Assembly: GCA_018698915.1 (NCBI GenBank)
Contig: JABIPN010000026.1
Span: forward strand, 1-56,020
Origin: Candidatus Woesearchaeota archaeon
GTDB taxonomy: Archaea > Nanobdellota > Nanobdellia > UBA10117 > ARS21
DNA: 56,020 nt
Reading direction: 5' to 3'
A program made the position numbers and the translations under genes. This document shows, piece after piece, positions 1 through 10,136 of this stretch. The notes under the pieces are model-generated. The model searched no databases. It saw only the letters and a list, made by a program, of their open reading frames with translations, and had not been told where the DNA came from. The first letter of the stretch is position 1; each line of letters starts with the position of its first letter.

Positions 1-650
1 CCTATTGCAGTTGAATATGAACCAGTACCGTTTTCAAGAGTATCTTTACTATATATAATTTCTACAGGAACTTCAGTATATCTAAGTCCATTTCTAGAGA
101 TTTCTTTTATTATCTCCGAAGCATGAGCCATTCTATTTTCTTTTATTCTTATTTTTTTAGCAGACTTCCGAGACATCGCCCTAAATCCATTATGAGCATC
201 AGTAAGTTTAACACCTAACAATATTCGTTCAACTAAAACCGAGCCTTTCAACAATATTTCACGAGTAAGTGGCATTTTAGTTTTTTTAGTTAAAAATCTA
301 GATCCCAAAGAAATATCCACAATATTTTCCCTAATGGGTTTAACCAATTCTTCAATTTCTTTTGCCTGATGTTGTCCGTCCGCATCAAAAGTAATTACAA
401 TATCTGCACCCGCTTTAAGAGCACGTTTAATTCCAACTCGCAAAGCAGCACCTTGTCCGAGATTAATTTTTTGTTCAACTAAAAGAACATTCTTAAATTT
501 TTTAACAACTTTAACAGTACTATCGGAAGATGCATCATCAACGACCACAATATTATACTTATATTTTTTTAAATCCTTAATAACTTTAGAAATCCGAGTT
601 CCCTCATTATATGCAGGAACAACTGCAAATATTTTCAGTTTCTTAGACAT
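1..650 (-). CDS. Family 2 glycosyltransferase (dolichyl-phosphate hexose synthase-like); C-terminal part cut by the window edge
   Basis: Not in the ORF track because it runs off the left edge. My reverse-strand translation from the ATG at 650-648 reads MSKKLKIFAVVPAYNEGTRISKVIKDL..VVVDDASSDST..ITFDADGQHQ. These are the GT-A N-terminal and DxD-type signatures of GT2 enzymes. Confidence 0.8.
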   Translation of the reverse strand, partial: MSKKLKIFAVVPAYNEGTRISKVIKDLKKYKYNIVVVDDASSDSTVKVVKKFKNVLLVEQKINLGQGAALRVGIKRALKAGADIVITFDADGQHQAKEIEELVKPIRENIVDISLGSRFLTKKTKMPLTREILLKGSVLVERILLGVKLTDAHNGFRAMSRKSAKKIRIKENRMAHASEIIKEISRNGLRYTEVPVEIIYSKDTLENGTGSYSTAI

Positions 651-671
651 AAAAAAGCCATACACAATCCA

Positions 672-679
672 TTTATAAA
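672..679. promoter_or_regulatory. Palindromic TATA box (TTTATAAA) serving two divergent leaderless genes
   Basis: TTTATAAA is its own reverse complement. Its centre (675.5) lies 25.5 nt from the minus-strand ATG at 650 and 25.5 nt from the plus-strand ATG at 701. Confidence 0.4.
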
Positions 680-700
680 TTTTATATAACAAGCTTATAC

Positions 701-1078
701 ATGAATTATAGGAGAATTACACGCTTTGTTTTAGTTGGAGGAACGGCAACATTCATAACTTGGGCACTAATTTTTTTCCTCAATGACGTACTTGCATTAT
801 TTTATATTCCTGTAGTAATATTCGCAGAAATAATTGGATATACTTATAATTTTTTCATGAATAAATTCTTTACATTCAAACAACATAGTAAAAATTACAA
901 AAGACAGGCATCAATTTTTACAGGTGTAAGTATTGGAGGAATATTACTCAATATAGTCATAATAATTTTCATCGTAGAAAACTTTGAAATGAAAGCACAC
1001 ATTGCAAAACTAATATCTGCAATATTTGTGGCAGGATATAGTTATGGATTTCACTCAAAATTCACCTTCAAAAAATAA
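701..1078 (+). CDS. GtrA-like small membrane protein (glycolipid/lipid-linked sugar translocation family)
   Basis: 125 aa with about 4 TM helices. N-terminal RFVLVGGTATFITWALIFFL and NFFMNKFFTFK resemble the GtrA family pattern. It sits between two GT2 genes. Confidence 0.65.
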   Translation: MNYRRITRFVLVGGTATFITWALIFFLNDVLALFYIPVVIFAEIIGYTYNFFMNKFFTFKQHSKNYKRQASIFTGVSIGGILLNIVIIIFIVENFEMKAHIAKLISAIFVAGYSYGFHSKFTFKK

Positions 1079-1789
1079 TTAACGCAATAAACCCAATTTC
1101 TTACGAGCAAAAAACTTCAAAGTTCGAACACCATCTTTCCAAGGTTCTAACTTTGCTTCACCAATTCTAACGTTTGTAAAATTAATTGGAATCTCTTTGG
1201 CACGAACACCCAATTTTTTAAAAGCCTCAATTTTAATTTCCTGAGATAAAGGCATACCGTCGCTAGTAATATTCAAATGTTTCAAAGCCTTAGTTCTAAA
1301 TATCCACATACCCGACCAAGAATCTTCAAGTTTTAATCCAAATAGTATATTAGTTGCAGTTCTGAACACATAATTTCCAAATCTATTCCTAAACGTCATA
1401 GATTTTTTACCCATATTAGAAAAACGGTTAGTTGTAATGAACTCAAGATCTTCTTTTTCAAGTATTTTAATAAATTTAAGAGAATCTTTGAACGGATAAG
1501 TATTATCCGCATCACCCGTGATTATAATATCACCTTTAACTGATTTGAAACCCTTCTTATACGCAGAGCCATAGCCACGTTTTCGCTCTTTAACTACTCG
1601 TGCACCAAGCTTTTTAGCAACCTTGGCAGTATTATCTGTGCTTGCATTATCAACAACAACAATCTCAACAGAATAACCTACTGTTTTCAACTTAGAAACA
1701 GGTATTGACTTAATAACTACAGGTAATGCATCTTCCTCATTAAGTGCAGGCATAAGAAAACTTATCATTGGTTTGCTTCTTCTTGACAT
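1079..1789 (-). CDS. Family 2 glycosyltransferase
   Basis: ISFLMPALNEEDALP..VVVDNASTDNT..GDADNTYP are GT2 (GT-A, DxD) signatures. 236 aa. Confidence 0.85.
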   Translation of the reverse strand: MSRRSKPMISFLMPALNEEDALPVVIKSIPVSKLKTVGYSVEIVVVDNASTDNTAKVAKKLGARVVKERKRGYGSAYKKGFKSVKGDIIITGDADNTYPFKDSLKFIKILEKEDLEFITTNRFSNMGKKSMTFRNRFGNYVFRTATNILFGLKLEDSWSGMWIFRTKALKHLNITSDGMPLSQEIKIEAFKKLGVRAKEIPINFTNVRIGEAKLEPWKDGVRTLKFFARKKLGLLR

Positions 1790-1840
1790 CGAAATAGTTT
1801 ACTTAGCAATCTTTATTAAATTTACTCAAAAGGAGTCAAT

Positions 1841-2725
1841 ATGAATATTCTAATAACTGGGGGTGCGGGATTTATAGGAACGTATCTTGCAAACAAACTT
1901 TCAGAAAACAATGAAGTCACAGTTATTGATAATCTTTATAGAAAAAACGAATTAGAACTGAACAATAAAGTAAAATTTTTAGGTGAAAGTATAATTGAAG
2001 ACATAGAAGATTTAATTTCACAAAATGATGTAGTTTACCACCTAGCAGCAATTAGTCAAGTTATGACTTCGATTGAAGAACCCGAATTAACATATAAATT
2101 AAATGTTGAAGCAACAAAAAATATAGTTGCAGCATGCACAAAACACAAAAAGAAGTTAATATTTGCATCATCTCGCGAAGTTTATGGAAATCAGGATAAA
2201 CTACCAGTTAAAATTAATGCAGAATTAAATCCAGAAAATCCATATGCTGCTTCAAAAGTTGCAGGAGAAGCGATAGTTAGATCGTATGGAAATTCTTACA
2301 AGTTAGATTATAACATTGTAAGAATGAGTAACGTATATGGTTACGGGGATGTAGATAGAGTAATACCAAAATTTATTGAAATGTTCAAAACAAATAAAGA
2401 TATTGAACTATATGGTTCTGAAAAAATAATTGATTTTATTTATATTGATGATGTGGTGGAAGTATTAGTAAAGTTAAAAGAAAAGTCAGGATTAATATTA
2501 AATTTAGGATCTGGAATAAAGACAACGTTACTTGAGCTTGCAAACCTAATTAAAGAATTAACTCCCAATTCAAATTCTAAGATTAATATTTTAAATGAGC
2601 GACACGGTGAGGTTGGAAAATTCCAAGCAGACATTTCTGAAACAAAATCAAAACTCAGGTGGGAACCAAAAACATCCTTGCGCGAAGGAATAGTAAAAAT
2701 ATTCAATTATCAAAATAAGGAATAG
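1841..2725 (+). CDS. NAD-dependent nucleotide-sugar epimerase/dehydratase (SDR family)
   Basis: [14 protein letters not shown] Rossmann motif and the YAASK catalytic YxxxK. An AAGGAG Shine-Dalgarno-like element lies at 1831-1836. Confidence 0.85.
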   Translation: MNILITGGAGFIGTYLANKLSENNEVTVIDNLYRKNELELNNKVKFLGESIIEDIEDLISQNDVVYHLAAISQVMTSIEEPELTYKLNVEATKNIVAACTKHKKKLIFASSREVYGNQDKLPVKINAELNPENPYAASKVAGEAIVRSYGNSYKLDYNIVRMSNVYGYGDVDRVIPKFIEMFKTNKDIELYGSEKIIDFIYIDDVVEVLVKLKEKSGLILNLGSGIKTTLLELANLIKELTPNSNSKINILNERHGEVGKFQADISETKSKLRWEPKTSLREGIVKIFNYQNKE

Positions 2726-3638
2726 TAATTTTCAAACCGTCATTCAAATTAACTTTTGGAGACCAATTTAATACTGTTTTTGCACGTCCAATATCGGGTT
2801 GTCGCTGTTTCGGATCATCGATTGGAAGTTCACGATAAACAATTTCTGAACTTGAACCAGTAATTTCAATAACTTTTTCAGCCAAATCCTTTATTGTAAA
2901 CTCATCAGGGTTTCCTAAGTTAATTGGCATAATTTCACCAGAAGTCATAGTTAGATATAACCCTTCAACTAAATCTGAAACATAACAAAAACTTCTAGTT
3001 TGATTCCCATCACCATAAATTGTAATCGGTTTATTATTTAGTGCTTGAATAATAAAATTACTAACAACTCGACCATCATCTCGAGCCATATTTGTACCAT
3101 AAGTATTAAAGATTCTAACAATTCGAATATCCAAATTATATTTGCGGTGATAATCCATAAATAAAGTTTCAGCAACACGCTTACCTTCATCATAACAAGC
3201 TCGAGGGCCAAGAGTATTAACATTACCATTATAACTTTCAACCTGTGGATGAACTTCAGGATCACCGTAAATTTCAGAAGTAGAAGCTTGCAATATTTTT
3301 GCACCATTTACTCGTGCAAACTCAAGAACATTAACCACGCCCACAGTATTAGATTTAATAGTTTCAATTGGATCAAATTGATAGTGAATCGGACTTGCCG
3401 GGCAAGCCAAATTATAAATCTCATCAACATGTTCTGAAATCTTACCAATAAGAGGATCAGTAATATCATGCGAGACAATTTTGAAATTAGGATTACTTTC
3501 TAAATCTCGAAGATTGTCAATTTTCCCAGTAAAAAAATTATCTAAACAAATAACTTTATTTCCATTATGTTCAAGAAGCAGTTTACAAAGGTGACTTCCC
3601 AGAAACCCAGCCCCGCCAGTAACAAGTATAGTGCGCAT
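2703..3638 (-). CDS. uxs: UDP-glucuronate decarboxylase (UDP-xylose synthase)
   Basis: Long stretches match my memory of UXS enzymes: [81 protein letters not shown]. Confidence 0.88.
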   Translation of the reverse strand: MRTILVTGGAGFLGSHLCKLLLEHNGNKVICLDNFFTGKIDNLRDLESNPNFKIVSHDITDPLIGKISEHVDEIYNLACPASPIHYQFDPIETIKSNTVGVVNVLEFARVNGAKILQASTSEIYGDPEVHPQVESYNGNVNTLGPRACYDEGKRVAETLFMDYHRKYNLDIRIVRIFNTYGTNMARDDGRVVSNFIIQALNNKPITIYGDGNQTRSFCYVSDLVEGLYLTMTSGEIMPINLGNPDEFTIKDLAEKVIEITGSSSEIVYRELPIDDPKQRQPDIGRAKTVLNWSPKVNLNDGLKITIPYFDN

Positions 3639-3678
3639 AATCTCAACTCAGAGAGAAACTTAAAAAGATATTGTTAAG

Positions 3679-5478
3679 CTATAAATTAACTTTGTAGATT
3701 TTACTTAAAACTCGATCATCATTCTCAGACCTAAAAACTTCAGTTAGGTATTTACCGAGTCCAGAATTCCAAGGAGTTTCAAAACTTTGATAATTTTCAG
3801 GCGAGATTAATAATAAATCAAAAGTCTGATAATTCTCTCCTCGAAGTGAAGGATCAACCCAAGTATTTTGTAAAATATATTTAACACCATTTTTATCTAA
3901 TATTTCTCTATTTCTTTCCGAATCAAAAACAAACAAAGGATCAAAACTACTAATTACTCTCCCCGAGTTATCAATAGTATATTCGCTTTGAATCCAAAAA
4001 GAATCCCAATAAACATAATCAACACTATATTTATCAAGTAAGGATTTACGAACAACATCATTATTACCATATAATATAATTGCTTGATCAAGTTCTCGTG
4101 AATCCATATCAATAAATGGATCATTCTGTGCACGACGGACGGAAATTAATTTCCTACCACTCAACGCATTAATTGAAAATCCAAGTTCTTTAGTCGTCAG
4201 AACAACATCATTAATATTGCCATTACTAATCAAGTAATCTGAAGAATCAACAATATGTTCAGGAAGTCCGGTTTGTCCAACCGTATACCACTGACCCACC
4301 GAGTTAGAACTATAAGCACTAACTTGGAATGCCAACAAACCAAGAATAATTAATGAAACACATTGAGTTTTTGTTAATTTAAACTTTTTACTAAATCTAA
4401 AACCAAAGTTTACACCATAAACAAATAATAAACTCCAAACGGGAAGAAGTAACATACTAGACATTCGATTAGGAATAAAATGAATACCAAATAAATTTAC
4501 AGTAACAAGATAATGAAATGTAATAACTAAACTACTAACTAACAAAAATTTAATATAACTTTCAGCTCCAAATTCTTTAGTTTTACGACGAAGGAATAAA
4601 CCTGCAAGACCAAGTAAAGTAAATAAAGAAATAAATGCAGAAAAAACACCAACGAAATTAAACAAACCACCCTTAATAACATCCTTAACAAATTCAAACT
4701 GAATTCCCGAATCTGACCAATCAACATTATTCCATTCATTATAGTGCAAACTTGTTTCGCCTTGATAAACAAAGATTGGTCCTGCCCAATATGCCATTGC
4801 AATCAATCCACCAACAAATGCTACAATAAAATAAGGCATGATTTTAGATTTTAAATCACCGTTAGATCTCAGTCCATACCACAAAAAAGCGAAAAAGATC
4901 AAAAATGTACTTCCAATAAACGATACACTATGTGTAAGTCCAGCAAGCCCATATCCAATACCTAAAAATAATATATTTCTTTTCGAAGTATCTTTGATGA
5001 AATTATATAATAGAAGGATAATTAAAGGCATAATCAATAATTCAGCGAAGGTTGTGTATTTTAGAATTGGAAATTTATCCGCCATAAAAAATACGAGAAC
5101 ACCAACAAGACCTAACACCTTTGATTTGAATAATTTATTAACGAGAGTATAAAATACAATTGCACCTAACAATAAAATAATATATGAGAATATGAAATGA
5201 GCAGCAATAGCATCAAAACCTAACTTTGCAATCAATCCCGCACCAATAGTATAAAGAATAAAGTAGCCAGGAAGTGCACCCAAAATAGTCGCAGATTCAA
5301 AAGGATTACCTCCAAATTTAAAGTGATTAGTCTGACCAAGTTGATAATAATAATCTCCACCATAAATCGGGCTTGGCAAACTTTCTAAAGGACTAAGATA
5401 AAGATAATTTAGAAAAGCCAAAAATCCAAGGACTACAACAAACATCCAATTATTCTTACACCATTCAATTAATTTCAT
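3679..5478 (-). CDS. Polytopic membrane protein with a C-terminal soluble domain; GT-C-like glycosyltransferase or divergent STT3 paralogue (function inferred)
   Basis: 599 aa with about 12 predicted TM helices followed by a soluble domain of about 200 aa. The first-loop motif GGDYYYQ resembles LDPYYYF of the adjacent AglB. 4-nt overlap with aglB (5475-5478). Confidence 0.55.
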   Translation of the reverse strand: MKLIEWCKNNWMFVVVLGFLAFLNYLYLSPLESLPSPIYGGDYYYQLGQTNHFKFGGNPFESATILGALPGYFILYTIGAGLIAKLGFDAIAAHFIFSYIILLLGAIVFYTLVNKLFKSKVLGLVGVLVFFMADKFPILKYTTFAELLIMPLIILLLYNFIKDTSKRNILFLGIGYGLAGLTHSVSFIGSTFLIFFAFLWYGLRSNGDLKSKIMPYFIVAFVGGLIAMAYWAGPIFVYQGETSLHYNEWNNVDWSDSGIQFEFVKDVIKGGLFNFVGVFSAFISLFTLLGLAGLFLRRKTKEFGAESYIKFLLVSSLVITFHYLVTVNLFGIHFIPNRMSSMLLLPVWSLLFVYGVNFGFRFSKKFKLTKTQCVSLIILGLLAFQVSAYSSNSVGQWYTVGQTGLPEHIVDSSDYLISNGNINDVVLTTKELGFSINALSGRKLISVRRAQNDPFIDMDSRELDQAIILYGNNDVVRKSLLDKYSVDYVYWDSFWIQSEYTIDNSGRVISSFDPLFVFDSERNREILDKNGVKYILQNTWVDPSLRGENYQTFDLLLISPENYQSFETPWNSGLGKYLTEVFRSENDDRVLSKIYKVNL

Positions 5479-7979
5479 GAATTATAATTTTCTTCGAACT
5501 CAGGCATTTTGGACTTATCCAAAAATCGCGCAGTATTTTCTAAATTGTTAGGATAATTAAGTTTCCAAATCTTAACAGGACCTACAATTCGACCATTATA
5601 TATCATAAGTGGAACATCAGATGAATAAACTTCAGAAAACTCAGGAATAATTTCATTATTTATATATAATCTTGCAAATAGACCATCTTTAACTTTATTA
5701 GACATAAATAATAAACCAGATATCGGATCCTGATATTCACCTTGAACTACAGGAATAAATTTAACACAACCATCAATACTATCAACTTCAACATCAAATG
5801 TAAGTTTAAAGCTATCAGTTACCAAACAAGAGATTCCATATTCCTTTTCAAAACCATTGGCAACAACTGTTGCACTAGGTGCAAAATTTATATTACCTGA
5901 ATTATCAAAATATATTTCTATTTTATTTATTATACCTTGTCCTGCAGGTATAACTCGTTTACCATCAAGTATTGGAGAATCTATTGGCCAATTACCTCCA
6001 TAAATATACTTATTCCCTTCTCTTGCTTCTTCCTCACCTTGCAAAACAAAAGTCCCAATAACTGAAGACCGATCTCCATATTTATCTGAACCCAACTTTG
6101 CAAAGGCACCATACTTACCAATTTCTTCATGTGAATAAAGAAGATAATCTACTTCGTGTGCAGAAAAGTATTCCATACTTTCTTTAACATTATCATGAGT
6201 CATACCATATCTTGCTAAAGTATATATGAAAAATTGACCACCAGGTTTTCCACCATCACTAATTGATGGACGTTCTCCTACTGCCTGAGTCCAATAACCA
6301 TAATCCCACCAATGAGAAATTACTGATGCTTCAGGAGTATTTTCACGAATCCAATCCATAGAATCTTCCCACATTCCTGGAAGTCCTGAACGCATAGTCT
6401 CAGTTACTTCTGCTGCCTGACCAAAGGCGCTGAAAGACATCAATCCAATTATTAGAATTACGCCAAGTTGAGCAAATTTCAAACGTTTAGCATGAGTTAA
6501 AAAATCATCAAATGCTATTGCTGAAAATATTGCAATAGCTGGAGCAAATACAAATATAAATCTGACCCCTGTCCGTGCAAGAAGACCCATAATCAAAAAG
6601 TAAACTAGCAAAAGAACAAGATTAATATTTTTCAAGTTAGATAAATTTTCAAATGCCTCACGACGAGAATAATATAAATATAAATAATATGCAACAAGCA
6701 TAATTGAAACTAAAAACATCAAATAAATATAGTTGCTACCAAAAAATTGAAATTCATTACTCCAATTTCCCATAGTTAAAATAAATATAATAAATAATAT
6801 TATTGAACTTATAACAATTCTAAGTTTTTTACTAACTCCTGAAAATAATTTCCAACTAAGGAAGAAAACTCCAAATAATGCGATAAATGTAAAATAACCA
6901 TAATTTATGAGATAACTATGACCTGAAGTAACATAAGTTCTTGCAATCTCTGAAGTTGTACTAGCGAGTTTGTCCCCACCAGCAGCATTTAATATAGACC
7001 AAATAAATGCGCCAAGGTCTAAAAATCCAAATAAACTATTCATTATCAATCCACCAAGTCCTACAATTAATAATGACAGAATTGAATTAGGAAGAAAGAA
7101 TTTACGTTTATTCAATAAATCATAAACTAGCAAAACTCCAAATGCGAAGAATCCAATTAACCAACCATAACTTTTCCAATGTAACTTATTTACACTAAAC
7201 ATAAGTAAAGCAAAAGTAGCAAACCAGAGATATTTTGAATAATCACCGGAACTTTTACTCAACATCATTTTAATTAATAAATAACTAGAAATTGTAATTA
7301 TGAGCATAGGATATCCAGTCCAAGTTACACCCATTAGAAATGCTCCAATTCCTGAACCAATCATTAACAAATATTTGTTACGCGAAGCGTTCATTAAGTC
7401 AGCTTTAGTAAATAACCAAAGAGACAAAAACATAAACATAATTGAAATTGCTTCGTGATCTGCAAATCCGGCACCAGTTCTAAATACAAATCCAGGAATA
7501 ACTGCCAATAACAACGAAGCAATCATTGCGACTCTCTTTTTCATAAGTAATCTTAGCCATAAATAAAAGAAAATAAGTGTAAAAAGCATGGAAACTGGAG
7601 GATAAATTATATGTGCCATTTCTCGAGACACTCCAAATACTCCTAAGAATTTTGACCAATAAGCCATAAAATAAGGAAATAAATCAAAACCCCTATCTGA
7701 ACCTAACGGCGGATTTCTCCAAGTATCAAAAAGTAAAACCTTACCATTATCTAAAACATCGCCTGCAAGTCTGAAATAATAATATGGATCAAGACCAACT
7801 AGATATTTTCCATTCAATGAATCAAGATTTCGAGTACGAACATAGAAAGCAATACTCATAATGAGCGCCAATATTGAATGTTCTAAAAATTTAAACGAAC
7901 CAATTTTTGACAAAGTCTTTTTCACTTTCTCAATAGCCTCACTGAAGTCAATATACTCACCATCTTCAGTTTTAGCCAT
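5475..7979 (-). CDS. aglB: Archaeal oligosaccharyltransferase AglB (STT3 family)
   Basis: WWDYGYW is encoded at 6291-6311 (minus strand). First-loop motif LDPYYYFR. 834 aa with a multi-TM N-terminal half and a soluble C-terminal domain. Confidence 0.92.
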   Translation of the reverse strand: MAKTEDGEYIDFSEAIEKVKKTLSKIGSFKFLEHSILALIMSIAFYVRTRNLDSLNGKYLVGLDPYYYFRLAGDVLDNGKVLLFDTWRNPPLGSDRGFDLFPYFMAYWSKFLGVFGVSREMAHIIYPPVSMLFTLIFFYLWLRLLMKKRVAMIASLLLAVIPGFVFRTGAGFADHEAISIMFMFLSLWLFTKADLMNASRNKYLLMIGSGIGAFLMGVTWTGYPMLIITISSYLLIKMMLSKSSGDYSKYLWFATFALLMFSVNKLHWKSYGWLIGFFAFGVLLVYDLLNKRKFFLPNSILSLLIVGLGGLIMNSLFGFLDLGAFIWSILNAAGGDKLASTTSEIARTYVTSGHSYLINYGYFTFIALFGVFFLSWKLFSGVSKKLRIVISSIILFIIFILTMGNWSNEFQFFGSNYIYLMFLVSIMLVAYYLYLYYSRREAFENLSNLKNINLVLLLVYFLIMGLLARTGVRFIFVFAPAIAIFSAIAFDDFLTHAKRLKFAQLGVILIIGLMSFSAFGQAAEVTETMRSGLPGMWEDSMDWIRENTPEASVISHWWDYGYWTQAVGERPSISDGGKPGGQFFIYTLARYGMTHDNVKESMEYFSAHEVDYLLYSHEEIGKYGAFAKLGSDKYGDRSSVIGTFVLQGEEEAREGNKYIYGGNWPIDSPILDGKRVIPAGQGIINKIEIYFDNSGNINFAPSATVVANGFEKEYGISCLVTDSFKLTFDVEVDSIDGCVKFIPVVQGEYQDPISGLLFMSNKVKDGLFARLYINNEIIPEFSEVYSSDVPLMIYNGRIVGPVKIWKLNYPNNLENTARFLDKSKMPEFEENYNS

Positions 7980-8009
7980 AATTCTTCGTAGAAATTAAAC
8001 CTTAAAAAA

Positions 8010-8858
8010 CTATGCGTAAAGTAGAGGAGATATTAAAACTTCTATAGCTCCACTCATCAAAACTAAAATTATTGCGATTAAAAATAAAAACAAAGCATCC
8101 TTCAAAACTACTTTGAATTTGTCATTAAATAATTGATATCTCAGCACTCCGACAGAGATTAGACCTCCTGCCAGACCTGCGACAAAATAAGCACCAATTT
8201 CAGGAATACCATGAATCATATATCTTGCAAAACTAAGCGATATAGCACCAAAATAAGTTCCAATACCAACCGCACCAACACCAGAGGCAGCATTACTTAC
8301 AATTTCACGGAATAAACTACCGATTGCAACACCCAAAACTGAAGCATTCCAAGTAAGTATAAATATTGCACCAGAACCATAAATAAAAGAAAACAAAACT
8401 GCAAAAATCATAACTTTAAGGTTATTCGCAACAATTATTGGGAAAAACTTCCCGAAAAAATTACCTGAAATTTGACTTGCAATATCTGCATTAACGCTTT
8501 GAATCGTAGATATCTGAATATTGAAAATTTGATTGACTGTGGCCTCCGGAAGAACTGTAAAAAAGAAAGTATATGCAGTAACCATACCTAAGAACATGAA
8601 TACAAAGAAAGGTATAGTTTTACGATGAGTGGTTTCATAAGGACGTTCGAACAATTTTCGTTCTTCCATTACAATTATTTTTATCATTAAAGGTATGGCG
8701 GCCATAACTGTAAAAAAGACCATAGTCAGTCCGGCATATTCAGCAAAAACCCATAACGAAAGCAAAATTGCTATTGTAGTATATGCAAAAGCAACGATAA
8801 ACATTTCGCTAGGCTTTTTCTCAGCATATTCTGATCCAATTAGGGACTCAAGAACCAT
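8010..8858 (-). CDS. SpoIIM-like (DUF95) integral membrane protein
   Basis: 282 aa, multi-TM. The IVANNLKV...GSGAIFILTWNASVLG pattern resembles the SpoIIM family core (xxNNxxV ... NG/NA xxxG). Confidence 0.55.
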   Translation of the reverse strand: MVLESLIGSEYAEKKPSEMFIVAFAYTTIAILLSLWVFAEYAGLTMVFFTVMAAIPLMIKIIVMEERKLFERPYETTHRKTIPFFVFMFLGMVTAYTFFFTVLPEATVNQIFNIQISTIQSVNADIASQISGNFFGKFFPIIVANNLKVMIFAVLFSFIYGSGAIFILTWNASVLGVAIGSLFREIVSNAASGVGAVGIGTYFGAISLSFARYMIHGIPEIGAYFVAGLAGGLISVGVLRYQLFNDKFKVVLKDALFLFLIAIILVLMSGAIEVLISPLLYA

Positions 8859-8951
8859 TATCTATAATCTCATAACTTGTTTTTAATAGTTCCCACAGAT
8901 TAATATGCTCAACACTCAAAGTTTTTTTATTTACCTAAACTAAGAAATCAC

Positions 8952-10136
8952 ATGACTCTCGGAATATATAGCAAAGATATTTTAGAATTCACTTATAACT
9001 TAACTCTCACTCCAAAAATAAGACCACCACTAAAGATAGCAAAATTTCTTGAAACACGAGGACAAAAAGTAAGCGAGAGAACTGTAAAAAGATATTTCAG
9101 ATTTATTGGTAAAAATATAGCATATCACTCAAGAATTAATTATGCAAGTTTAAACTTACAAACAATATATGTATTATTGAAGAATCCACATCCAGAAATA
9201 CTAAGTACAATACCTTACTCAGTTACGCCATTTTATGGATACAATGCATCAAAACTAACAAAATATACTGGAACAAATTTTCCAATTCCATTAAACAAAG
9301 AAAACGAACTTGAAGAATTTTTCAACAAAGCAAAGGAATTAAAACTAGTTGAAGATTTTGAATTATTTCCATACAACCAAGTTACAGATTTCTATTTACC
9401 ATTTCATAAAATAATTGACAAAGAAGGAAATTTAAATTTCAGCAAAGAATATGATACTACTTATTTCGAATCATTATTAGATTATTCAATAAGAAAACCG
9501 ACTGAACAAAAAATGAGTAAATTAATATCAAAAAATCCAATAACAATTCCAGTAATTGTAGAATATTCTCGAAAACGCTGGTCATCACATAAAGTTTGGT
9601 ACGCAGTAAGAGATAATCTTGGAGATAATTTATGGAATTTCATAAAATCAAAGAAATCAAAGATACGAAAGTATGAAGGTGCAGGTGTTGCGTTGGTACA
9701 AAGAACAGTAAGAGATATTCAATTAGATTATGATGAATTATTCAGACAAGTAAGAGTTTTTTATGGACCGTTATACTCAGATAAAAACGTTGTTACAAAT
9801 TTGTTTATTAAATTAAAAGATTCTGAACAAATAAAAGACCTATTCAAAGAGATTTCTCAAAAAGCAATAATTTCCTCAATATATATTCCAACAGATTTAT
9901 CTAAAAAACTAAGAATAGCATTAGTAACAAATATAGAAAATCAAACAAAAATATCTACTGAAATTCTTCCAAAATATATCGACAATAATTATGATAATAA
10001 AATAATATTTAGAAGAAAACAAAATCCAGAGATAAATTTAAAATTAAATTACGCAGAACTTTTTAACCCGAAAACGTGTGAATGGAAATTTGATATAGAA
10101 AAATACAAAGAAAATCTTACTCGTCTTTCTCCATAA
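8952..10136 (+). CDS. Hypothetical protein with an N-terminal HTH-like segment
   Basis: 394-aa ORF with K/N/I-rich composition typical of this genome. PLKIAKFLETRGQKVSERTVKRYFRFI looks like a helix-turn-helix. No other motif recognised. Confidence 0.5.
   Translation: MTLGIYSKDILEFTYNLTLTPKIRPPLKIAKFLETRGQKVSERTVKRYFRFIGKNIAYHSRINYASLNLQTIYVLLKNPHPEILSTIPYSVTPFYGYNASKLTKYTGTNFPIPLNKENELEEFFNKAKELKLVEDFELFPYNQVTDFYLPFHKIIDKEGNLNFSKEYDTTYFESLLDYSIRKPTEQKMSKLISKNPITIPVIVEYSRKRWSSHKVWYAVRDNLGDNLWNFIKSKKSKIRKYEGAGVALVQRTVRDIQLDYDELFRQVRVFYGPLYSDKNVVTNLFIKLKDSEQIKDLFKEISQKAIISSIYIPTDLSKKLRIALVTNIENQTKISTEILPKYIDNNYDNKIIFRRKQNPEINLKLNYAELFNPKTCEWKFDIEKYKENLTRLSP

Noticed and set aside
2440-5152. Short internal or antisense ORFs (2440-2706, 3038-3307, 3249-3437, 4539-4802, 4838-5152)
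   Set aside because: Each is nested within a longer gene that has clear family signatures, or a membrane topology on the other frame or strand. None has independent support.
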